A stretch of 64,000 bases of DNA, taken from assembly GCA_018674305.1 (NCBI GenBank), contig JABHAL010000015.1, positions 30,683 through 94,682 of the forward strand, in the 5' to 3' direction. The translations under genes and the position numbers were made by a program. Of this stretch, positions 19,291-27,168 are shown piece by piece. Source of the stretch: Candidatus Falkowbacteria bacterium (lineage in GTDB: Bacteria > Patescibacteriota > Patescibacteriia > UBA11705 > JABHMO01). The notes below the pieces were generated by a model. The model made no database searches, was not told where the DNA came from, and saw nothing but the letters and a program-made list of their open reading frames with translations. Positions within the stretch are counted from its first letter, which is position 1; every line of letters begins with the position of its first letter.

Positions 19291-19536
19291 ATGTCAAACT
19301 TTACAGTTGTTTTAAAGCAAGACGAACCTGGTTTTTTTGTGGATGTACCTGCTTTGCCAGGATGTAATACTCAAGGCCGAAATGAAGAAGATGCAGTAGT
19401 TCAGGCTAAAGATGCAATCGTTGCCTGGTGTGATCATGCAACAGAACTAGGAGTTAAGATCCCAACTAATGTCCAGGTTAACCTTGCCAATTATAACGGC
19501 AATGTTTCACTGCATGTTGTGAGTGTGGATGTATGA
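19291..19536 (+). CDS. hicB: HicB-family antitoxin (orphan)
   Basis: F.V.VPALPGC.TQG..E.A....DAI..W; upstream TTGACA-17-TAAGTT promoter and GGAGG. Confidence 0.8.
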   Translation: MSNFTVVLKQDEPGFFVDVPALPGCNTQGRNEEDAVVQAKDAIVAWCDHATELGVKIPTNVQVNLANYNGNVSLHVVSVDV

Positions 19537-19541
19537 AATCC

Positions 19542-19571
19542 AAAAGCCCGAGAACAAAGTTCCGGGCTTTT
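19542..19571. terminator. Intrinsic terminator
   Basis: aaaagcccg...cgggctttt hairpin. Confidence 0.7.
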
Positions 19572-19605
19572 ATATTTGGCAGTTGTTTTTTGGTACTTGT
19601 AACTT

Positions 19606-19758
19606 TTAACAACAATCATCCCAGTCAACCACACCATCAAGTTCTTTAAGTTTTTCTTCGTATTGCTTTAAGCAGTCTTCACAGCAAAAATTAACATCAT
19701 GTTTAGCGATGATTTTTTCATCTTCAATTTGTTTCTCGCAAGTAATGCATTTCTTCAT
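19606..19758 (-). CDS. 50-aa Cys-rich metal-binding protein (TRASH/YHS-like); absent from the ORF track
   Basis: Manual translation MKKCITCEKQIEDEKIIAKHDVNFCCEDCLKQYEEKLKELDGVVDWDDCC. Confidence 0.7.
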   Translation of the reverse strand: MKKCITCEKQIEDEKIIAKHDVNFCCEDCLKQYEEKLKELDGVVDWDDCC

Positions 19759-19826
19759 ATTGAATTGCAATAATATTCAATTTAATTATATCCTAGAATA
19801 GGTAAGAATGCAATTCATTCTCTCTG

Positions 19827-19855
19827 TTGACAAAGTTATACTTGTGTGCTATAAT
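19827..19855 (+). promoter_or_regulatory. Consensus sigma70 promoter
   Basis: TTGACA-17 bp-TATAAT with TG extension. Confidence 0.85.
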
Positions 19856-19901
19856 ATTCTAATGATATTTGAGGTATATTTGAAGCGACATGGAGGTCAC
19901 T

Positions 19902-20099
19902 GTGAAAAAGGGAACAAAGTATATGCTGCAGTATGCTATGAATTTGAACATTCCTGCTGGTGGATCAACTGGCAACATGGAGATGAAGTATTTTCGAACT
20001 TTTATTGGCCTGTGTTGGTTTGTCATTCGTGACAAAGTTGCCTGCGCGGCGCTTAAGGCTGGTAGAGTCCGAGTCATCACAATCAAAAAAGACAAGTGA
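19902..20099 (+). CDS. Small basic hypothetical protein (stand-alone cassette)
   Basis: GGAGG 5 nt before GTG at 19902 (ATG at 19890 is an alternative); own promoter and terminator. Confidence 0.55.
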   Translation: MKKGTKYMLQYAMNLNIPAGGSTGNMEMKYFRTFIGLCWFVIRDKVACAALKAGRVRVITIKKDK

Positions 20100-20104
20100 A
20101 AAAC

Positions 20105-20138
20105 AAAGAGACGCGAGTTATCACACTCGCGTCTCTTT
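20105..20138. terminator. Bidirectional intrinsic terminator
   Basis: aaagagacgcgagt-loop-actcgcgtctcttt. Confidence 0.8.
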
Positions 20139-20149
20139 CTATATTAAAT

Positions 20150-20941
20150 CTATTTCTTCTTCTTTGTTACAGTTTTCTTTTTTGGAGCTGTTTTTTTAGT
20201 AGCTGCTTTCTTTGCTGCCGGTTTCTTTTTTGGAGCAGCCTTCTTGGTAGCTACTTTCTTTGCAGTAGGTTTCTTTTTTGGAGTAGCCTTCTTTTTTGTT
20301 ACTGCCTTTTTCTTTACTACAGCTTTCTTTGGAGCTGGTTTTGAAGGTGTTGCCTTTACTTCTGAAGACGGAGGAGAATAAGGTTTTGGTTTTTGTTCTT
20401 GGTAAGAAGATCGTCCACCTTGGTCACCACGTGAAGGTCTTGAGTTTTGTCCTTGATAAGAAGATCGTCCGCCTCGTCCACCACGTGAAGAGCTTGAATT
20501 TCGCCCTTGATATGAAGATCGGCCACCTTGTCCGTATGCGGGTCTTGAGTTTTGTCCATGATAAGATGATCGTCCGCCGTGACTTTGTGGGCGTGAGTAA
20601 GATTGGCTTTTGATCCCAAGTGCCTTTAGAATTTGGTCTAATTTAGCATTCAGAGTTTCAAAATCAGGTCTTGATCCACCTGCTCCACCTGAACCGCCAC
20701 TTGAGTCGCTTCTTTTTATACCACCAAAACATTTATTACAATAAATTGGCTTATCACCGCTTGGGTTGAAAGGCACTTCACAGCGCTGTCCACAAGCAGC
20801 ACAAACCGCCTTGAATAAAGGACGGTCAGAGTTTTTTCTATTTTCTTGGAAACATTTATCACAGAAAACCGGTTTGTCTCCAGAGGGTGTAAACGGAAGT
20901 TCACAACTATTTCCGCATTTATCACATTTTGCATTAAACAT
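20150..20941 (-). CDS. Tandem CxxC-x17-CxxC zinc-domain protein with RGG/SY repeats and a Lys/Ala-rich histone H1-like tail
   Basis: Two C..CG..CE.PF.PSGDKP..C..CF domains; GGRSSYQGQNS repeats; KKA/KKK tail. Confidence 0.85.
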   Translation of the reverse strand: MFNAKCDKCGNSCELPFTPSGDKPVFCDKCFQENRKNSDRPLFKAVCAACGQRCEVPFNPSGDKPIYCNKCFGGIKRSDSSGGSGGAGGSRPDFETLNAKLDQILKALGIKSQSYSRPQSHGGRSSYHGQNSRPAYGQGGRSSYQGRNSSSSRGGRGGRSSYQGQNSRPSRGDQGGRSSYQEQKPKPYSPPSSEVKATPSKPAPKKAVVKKKAVTKKKATPKKKPTAKKVATKKAAPKKKPAAKKAATKKTAPKKKTVTKKKK

Positions 20942-20962
20942 AAAAATAAAATATTCTTATAG

Positions 20963-21163
20963 TTACTTAATTATTTGTTGTACTCGACCTACTTCACCTG
21001 TTGTTAAGCGGACTTTTATACCTCGGTGATGTTCAGCTGAGGAGGTAAGTATATCCTTTATCACCCCAGATGTCAATGGCCCGCCTTTTTGGTCTTGTTT
21101 GAGGACAATAGCTACCTCAAGACCTGGGTGAAGATTGCTTCGTAAGGTGCCTGGATTTTCCAT
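20963..21163 (-). CDS. YwbE family (DUF2196) protein
   Basis: IVLKQDQ..G.LT.G....ILT.S..H..GIKVRL..GEVGRVQ. Confidence 0.9.
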   Translation of the reverse strand: MENPGTLRSNLHPGLEVAIVLKQDQKGGPLTSGVIKDILTSSAEHHRGIKVRLTTGEVGRVQQIIK

Positions 21164-21165
21164 AT

Positions 21166-21732
21166 TTAATTGAAAAATTTAAAAACTTGATTAACCTTTT
21201 TGTTAATCTTGTTTTTTTGTTTTTGGTTAAATTCAAAACAGTTGTCAATCATATAGCCTTTTGTTTTTAATCCACAAAAACCTAGAGTATTTTTTGTAAC
21301 GGTTTTTAAGGCTCGATTTTTAGCAATTAGCTTTTCATAAATTGCTGGACCACCAGTGGTTACAATAACGGCCGCTTTTCCTTTTAGTAATCCAACCGGT
21401 CTTTTTCCAATATAATGAAAAGCAAAATCCTTAGTTAAAACTTTATCAAAAAAACCTTTCAGGATTGCAGGACTACTATTCCACCAATTGGGAAATATCA
21501 CAATGATTTTTTTGTTTTCTTTAATTAATTTTTGCCATGATTTCACTTGAGCTGAAATTTTTGATTCGGGTCTGGTATAAAGTTCGTTCGATTGTAAAAT
21601 AGGATCAAAATCTTCTTCATACAGATCTAGTAGCTTATAGTCGTTTTTTTTATTCTTTAATAGTTGTTCTATTTTTTCTAAAATGAAACCATTATGACCT
21701 TTTTTATCTGGATGCGCGTAAATAATTAACAT
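21166..21732 (-). CDS. Flavodoxin-fold NAD(P)H dehydrogenase (quinone)
   Basis: IIYAHP, DLYE..FDP, FP.WW...PAILKGFFDKV, TTGGP. Confidence 0.88.
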   Translation of the reverse strand: MLIIYAHPDKKGHNGFILEKIEQLLKNKKNDYKLLDLYEEDFDPILQSNELYTRPESKISAQVKSWQKLIKENKKIIVIFPNWWNSSPAILKGFFDKVLTKDFAFHYIGKRPVGLLKGKAAVIVTTGGPAIYEKLIAKNRALKTVTKNTLGFCGLKTKGYMIDNCFEFNQKQKNKINKKVNQVFKFFN

Positions 21733-21809
21733 TTGCTCTGTTTGTTATTAAAAAGATGCTAGCTTACACTAACATCTTCTATTTTACCTTAAATTTTGTG
21801 TAAAATCAA

Positions 21810-23375
21810 CTAGTTGGTGTCATTAAGTTGTTTTTTTGGTGCAACTTTGACCTTTGGTTTTATTTTAATTAGACCAGGCCCTTGCTGTACGGGTTGAACT
21901 TTAATATCAACTTTAGGAAAAACACTACTGCTGCCGTCATTGGTGAACTCTTTGTTTGGTGAATCACTAATTGTGCTACCACCTTGATCATAGGGTTCAG
22001 TTTTCGGTGCATTAATTTCTTTGGGATTGAACTTAGCTTCAACAGTAGGCTTTACTTCCTTTTTTTGGGGATCCCACTTAGTTTCGTCATAAGCTGGTAG
22101 CATTTGTTTTTCTTTTCTGATTTCGTGAACCTTTCGTTTCTGATTATCTTTCATAAGATCCTTTTTCTCGTTGATTTTTCTCAATAATTCATCTGCAGCA
22201 ACATCACCGCTTTCAGCCTTGGTAGTTAATTCTAATTTCTTGGCTTTAAGTATTTTAGCTTTTTCGATTCTGCGTCGGGCATCATTTTTTGCTGTGCTTA
22301 TGGTGGATTTTAGTTTACTGGATAATTCTTTGGCTTTTCCGGCTTGATCAAGAATCTTATGACGTCTTTCTAATAACTTTTCTTTCAACTCATCATTTTT
22401 AGCTTGAACATGGGCCATGTAATTCTTTACTTTGGCAGCACGTTCGCGAACATCAATTTTTTCCATTTTTTCTCCAAGTTTTCTGTGTCTTTCGGCAATA
22501 GCTATATCAAAAGCCTTTTTGTTATCTCCAAATTTATCTTTTAGTTTATCAATAAATTCTAAATCGTTTAAAGGTTTAAGATTACTACCTTGTTTTGCTT
22601 CAAATATTTTGCGTAAACGTTCAGCTACTTTTTCTGGATCGTTATTGTCAACCTTTTCCATAACTTCTTTCATGTTTTCCAAATGTCTTTCGCGGGTGGC
22701 TTTAATTTTTTCATAAGCTTTGTTTGTCACTTGGTTTTCCAGTTTTTCAAGAATTTTATGGTGCAAGTACTGTTGGTGGGTAAATTTATCTTGAAGGTTT
22801 TTCAATTTTTCCGGATCTATATCGAAACTTGTGATTTTGTTTTTAATGTAAGTTACATATTCTTGAGCTTTCTCAATGTCTTTAACTGCTTTAGCTTTTA
22901 ATTTTTCATTATCACTATTTTCAATAACGTATTTGGCTCGAGCAACTTTTTGATTAGCGTAGGTAAATCGCTTTTCTGCAGCTTTAGCGGCATCAAAAGT
23001 TGTAGCTAAAGAAATAGCTTGTTTGGTATTTTGCCACCAACGACGCCAGCGGGAAGTTGTTTGAACATTTGCGTTAACCTCTAAGTCCTCAACTGTTACT
23101 TCATTATCAATTATCGCTTCTTCAGAAACTATTTCTTCTATTACTAAATCATCATATTCTGCTGGTAAAACAATTTCTTCAGTTGGTAAAGCACCGCCTT
23201 CAGTTGATCCGCTTATATTTTCAGCCTCCATAACTTCAATTGTTGTGTCATGATTGACATCCTCTGCTTCGCCTTGAATATCGCCGATCTGTATAAATGC
23301 GCTTTGTGCTAAAGTTGGAGAAGCTATACAAAGCATTACCAAAATGATTAAAATTCGACTAAGATTAGATAACAT
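21810..23375 (-). CDS. Secreted coiled-coil protein (DUF5667-like helical region) with short Hcp-like peptide segments
   Basis: Signal peptide; TF..AK.AEKR..YA..K motif; long charged helices. Confidence 0.6.
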   Translation of the reverse strand: MLSNLSRILIILVMLCIASPTLAQSAFIQIGDIQGEAEDVNHDTTIEVMEAENISGSTEGGALPTEEIVLPAEYDDLVIEEIVSEEAIIDNEVTVEDLEVNANVQTTSRWRRWWQNTKQAISLATTFDAAKAAEKRFTYANQKVARAKYVIENSDNEKLKAKAVKDIEKAQEYVTYIKNKITSFDIDPEKLKNLQDKFTHQQYLHHKILEKLENQVTNKAYEKIKATRERHLENMKEVMEKVDNNDPEKVAERLRKIFEAKQGSNLKPLNDLEFIDKLKDKFGDNKKAFDIAIAERHRKLGEKMEKIDVRERAAKVKNYMAHVQAKNDELKEKLLERRHKILDQAGKAKELSSKLKSTISTAKNDARRRIEKAKILKAKKLELTTKAESGDVAADELLRKINEKKDLMKDNQKRKVHEIRKEKQMLPAYDETKWDPQKKEVKPTVEAKFNPKEINAPKTEPYDQGGSTISDSPNKEFTNDGSSSVFPKVDIKVQPVQQGPGLIKIKPKVKVAPKKQLNDTN

Positions 23376-23399
23376 AGATTCTTATTGTTATTAATTATC

Positions 23400-23429
23400 T
23401 TCGTAATTCATTATACCATGAATTACGAA
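23400..23429. promoter_or_regulatory. 11-bp inverted repeat centred on an extended -10 box (TGGTATAAT, minus strand)
   Basis: ttcgtaattca-ttatacca-tgaattacgaa. Confidence 0.55.
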
Positions 23430-23433
23430 AATC

Positions 23434-23460
23434 AAAAGAGAGCAGTTACTGCTCTCTTTT
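23434..23460 (-). terminator. Intrinsic terminator
   Basis: aaaagagagcag-tta-ctgctctctttt. Confidence 0.8.
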
Positions 23461-23480
23461 GTATAGAATTTCTTTAAGTT

Positions 23481-24620
23481 CTATCTACTTGCTCCGGTAT
23501 AAGCGATTGCTCTCATAATTGACCAGTGATGTGAAGTGCTTGGTACATAACCATATACACCTTTGAAGCTGCCAATGGCGGCTCTTTCACTATCAAGGTT
23601 TCTAACAACATTTCTGATGTTGTAGCCTATATAGTACAAGGCCCATTCATCGTAAATGTTATTAAAGTCTGGCAAACGTTTGTAAACTTTTGTGAAGTCT
23701 ACAAGAGCAGTTTGTTCAGCGCTGATCTGCCTTTGAGTTGGCTTATGGCTGGTCAATATTAGATCAATATCATACCAGTCTGTTGTTGATGCCGGTACTC
23801 GACCATATATGTCGAAGTAGTCACCAACTACACCTTTTCGGTCACGGACAGACATACCAGTAGAGTTTGTTGTACCGTAAGCAATAAAGTTAACACTTTG
23901 CCATTCCCCATCAGTTGCTGGCACATCTCCAGTTAATGCAATAAAGTGTTCCAATCCCTCAGCCTCATTATCTGCATTGATAACAGCAGCCTGAGTTGGT
24001 ACTACCTCTGAAACAGTTTCGGTTGTTAATTCAACTCCAGTATCTGTAGTCACAGTTTCAGTCGTTGTAGTAGTTGTAGTAGTACCTCCATTACCTCCAC
24101 CATTGCCACCACCACCTGCAGTGATGGTAAATGTGCTGTTTGTTGGAGTTGGGGTGTAACCGTCACCACTATGAGTTCTAACCGCTACCACGCCGGCTGT
24201 TGCTGCGCCTGATCCTGTTGTATAGCCAAATGTCCAGGTAGTACCTGATCCACTCATTGCAGTGTAAGCTTGAGTCGCTACTGCATCTTCCGTGATGTAA
24301 ATGTCAGGTGTTCCTGAAACCGCAGAGCCGAATGTTGCGGTAATTGTAACTGCGGTATTTGGAGTGATTGTACAACTGCTAGAACATGAAGCGTATGTGA
24401 TTGCCAATGTCGGAGTTTCCTCTGTCCAATAACCATAACCATATCCATATTCAGAAGCTACACCATAACCATAACCATAGCCAGAGTCTTGTGTCGCAAA
24501 GGTTGTATAAACTGTACTCAAGTCAAAAACTGTTACTAAAGCTACTATCATAACTAAAGCAACAATTACCTTTGCTATTGTTTTCTCACTACTAAAAAAT
24601 TTTCCTATTTTTTTTTCCAT
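23481..24620 (-). CDS. Cell-surface protein (GYGYGYG motif, Ig-like domain, Thr/Gly linker, repeated C-terminal helical modules)
   Basis: N-terminal TM; GYGYGYG twice; poly-Thr; about four E..A...F...YG..P.....W repeats. Confidence 0.7.
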   Translation of the reverse strand: MEKKIGKFFSSEKTIAKVIVALVMIVALVTVFDLSTVYTTFATQDSGYGYGYGVASEYGYGYGYWTEETPTLAITYASCSSSCTITPNTAVTITATFGSAVSGTPDIYITEDAVATQAYTAMSGSGTTWTFGYTTGSGAATAGVVAVRTHSGDGYTPTPTNSTFTITAGGGGNGGGNGGTTTTTTTTETVTTDTGVELTTETVSEVVPTQAAVINADNEAEGLEHFIALTGDVPATDGEWQSVNFIAYGTTNSTGMSVRDRKGVVGDYFDIYGRVPASTTDWYDIDLILTSHKPTQRQISAEQTALVDFTKVYKRLPDFNNIYDEWALYYIGYNIRNVVRNLDSERAAIGSFKGVYGYVPSTSHHWSIMRAIAYTGASR

Positions 24621-24836
24621 TTTGGTAAATTTTAAGATTAATCAATTTAAACCATTCGACCTTTAAGCAGTTTGCTTAATGATTATGGTAATATGGATTC
24701 ATCTATATGCTTAAGGTTGGATCCTAATAGAAGATTATATATTACCAAATGTATTATACCATTTTTCTTATTATTCTAAAAGTTTTAATAGTATGTATGT
24801 GGATAAACTATATGTTGTAAATTGAAGTTATTGTTT

Positions 24837-25535
24837 TCATTTTTCGAAGGATTTTTTTTTAATTAAGGTAATAAATAAAGTTGAAACTCCAATCACAAGA
24901 AAATAGTAAGCATAAATAGCCAAAAATTCAGCAAATAGTTTTTTATCAAAAGCAATAGAAATAGGAATTATTATTAGAAGTATGGTGGCTAAAATAAAGC
25001 TCCATTTTTCATTTTTCGTTGACAGTATCGTTCTTAAAGCAAAAATTAAAATTAGGAAATCAAAAAAAGTTGCTTGAATATAGAAACATAATGCTAGGAT
25101 TATACTAATAATAATAATTTTTATATTCGAGGATTGTTTAGTTTTATCAATAGCAAATACTGTTGCAATAAATTTAACAAACATTTTATATGAATTTATG
25201 CAAAATCTAGGTAACAACCTCAAGAAAAAAATCTTAATAAAAGTAAGAGAATTCTTTAATATTGTTTTTGTGGTAAAATTTGATGTATTTTTTATTAAAT
25301 TATCATTAGTTTTATGAAACTTAAATGAAGTAAATGTTTTATGAAAATTATTGATTATGAATAATAAAAACAAACTAAAAACGCATATATGGAATGCTGG
25401 CCAATTAAAATAAGCCTTCCATGATGAAAAAAATAATGAACCAAGAAAAGCTGTCAAATAAAACAATAAAATATATGAAAATAGGTTGCCCACATCATTT
25501 AGAAAAAACTTGATTACACTTTTTAATTTAAACAT
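24837..25535 (-). CDS. Hypothetical polytopic membrane protein
   Basis: Very AT-rich hydrophobic ORF; C-terminal AE.LA.YAYYFLV.G motif. Confidence 0.6.
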   Translation of the reverse strand: MFKLKSVIKFFLNDVGNLFSYILLFYLTAFLGSLFFSSWKAYFNWPAFHICVFSLFLLFIINNFHKTFTSFKFHKTNDNLIKNTSNFTTKTILKNSLTFIKIFFLRLLPRFCINSYKMFVKFIATVFAIDKTKQSSNIKIIIISIILALCFYIQATFFDFLILIFALRTILSTKNEKWSFILATILLIIIPISIAFDKKLFAEFLAIYAYYFLVIGVSTLFITLIKKKSFEK

Positions 25536-25539
25536 AGCC

Positions 25540-27168
25540 TTATTTAATTTTATAAAGAAGTAAGTTCTTAGTATCTATTATTTTTTCAATATCCTCATCC
25601 TTCTCCATCCACAAATAATCTTCCCACTCTAATTCCTTGGCTAATATAATATATTTTATATTTAATTCATCTTTTTTCAATAATTGTACTGGAGCTTTAT
25701 ACTTTATCCAATCTTCAATAAAATTGCTGTCATTAGCTACATTATTACTATAAATATTTCCAATCTCAATATTTGTTCCTATAATCACTGGACATTCAAA
25801 ATATAAATTTGCTGGATTTGCAACTATCCTACCAATCCAATTGAAACTCATATACATATGCCAGGGCAAAAACAAAGTATTCCCATCACAGTCTTGTTCC
25901 AGTAAATATTGATCTACTTCTTGCCAATCTGGAGGATACCTAGCGGGATTAATCTGTCCATAGCCAGCCCCAAACAAAGGTAATGACTGAAAACAGACCA
26001 AAAAGATTAAAGTTGTTATAAAGACTGTTTTATAACTTTTAAATACTTTACTTTGAGTTAAACCATATACACCACACGCAAACCAAACTGTGTACACCAA
26101 AACAATTAGACTTATCCACTTGGCTGTATCTCTCATCCCTTTATAAAACGGGAAATTATCAAACATGAATTCAGTAATTTGTTTAGTTATTGGGAGACGA
26201 ATACCAACAGCTAAAGTGATAGCAACTATCCACATGATTATCAGGCCGATAGCTATTTTTTTAGTTTTTGGATCTTTGAATAATCGCCAGACACCATAAA
26301 TTAGTAATGGCACTAGCATTATAAAGGCTACTCGAAAATTAGTATTAGTAGCAATATCCAAATAACGATGCTGTTCACTACCCCAAAAGCCTGATAATAA
26401 AATAACATTAAGCAGTGCATCTTGCCCCGTCTCACCAGCAGTTCTGAAAAAAAATAGATGTTCTTTGGTAATTGTTTGACCAATAAAATCTTGATCCAAG
26501 GTTTTGGTTGCAAAAACTCCGATTATCCAGTTCAAGTTAATCACAATGCAAATTAGCAGTGACCATAAAACTATTTTTTTTAATTTTTGTTTGTTCAATA
26601 TATTTTTCGGAATCCGAAAAAGATATAGCAAGAAAAAGATAATTCCTACTAATCCTATGAAAAATAAAAAATGTGCTGAAAAAACTAAACTAAAGGAGAA
26701 ATAAATTGCTGCCTTGAATAAATTTTTTATTTGATTCGATTGAACTAACCTGATTAAATGGGAAAAACCAAAACCAAACAAGGCAAAAGCTAACAAGAAA
26801 TGCAATTGGCCATACATTAGCCGATCATATACAAATGGATTTACTAAAGTCAATAAACTGGCCAACCAAACAACAAACTTATTGTCAAAAAAGTTTCTAG
26901 TTATACTTCTACCACTCAAAATAATAGCTGCCAAAACTCCAGTAATAAATAGTTTTTGAATAAAAGCTATTGGTAAAATAAGTGACAATATTTTCACTAT
27001 TGAATTTAACAGAAAAGACTGCTTAAAAAAATCAACCGTTATTTGCGGACCCCAAGCAAGGTCAGTTAAAAATACAAAACCTGGTTTTAATAATATTGGA
27101 ATAACAATTACCAAAATAGGAACAGCATACCAAGTCAAATCTGAAATTTGATTTTTTTGTTTATTCAT
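25540..27168 (-). CDS. GT-C-like polytopic membrane glycosyltransferase (AftD/DUF3367-like)
   Basis: D..WGP, NPFVY.R, LLSGFW, FP..GMRD..KW, LFLPW; start at MNKQ. Confidence 0.6.
   Translation of the reverse strand: MNKQKNQISDLTWYAVPILVIVIPILLKPGFVFLTDLAWGPQITVDFFKQSFLLNSIVKILSLILPIAFIQKLFITGVLAAIILSGRSITRNFFDNKFVVWLASLLTLVNPFVYDRLMYGQLHFLLAFALFGFGFSHLIRLVQSNQIKNLFKAAIYFSFSLVFSAHFLFFIGLVGIIFFLLYLFRIPKNILNKQKLKKIVLWSLLICIVINLNWIIGVFATKTLDQDFIGQTITKEHLFFFRTAGETGQDALLNVILLSGFWGSEQHRYLDIATNTNFRVAFIMLVPLLIYGVWRLFKDPKTKKIAIGLIIMWIVAITLAVGIRLPITKQITEFMFDNFPFYKGMRDTAKWISLIVLVYTVWFACGVYGLTQSKVFKSYKTVFITTLIFLVCFQSLPLFGAGYGQINPARYPPDWQEVDQYLLEQDCDGNTLFLPWHMYMSFNWIGRIVANPANLYFECPVIIGTNIEIGNIYSNNVANDSNFIEDWIKYKAPVQLLKKDELNIKYIILAKELEWEDYLWMEKDEDIEKIIDTKNLLLYKIK

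Noticed and set aside
21810-23375. Genuine Hcp or type VI secretion locus
   Set aside because: Only short segments resemble Hcp, the protein has a Sec-type signal peptide, and no other T6SS genes are present
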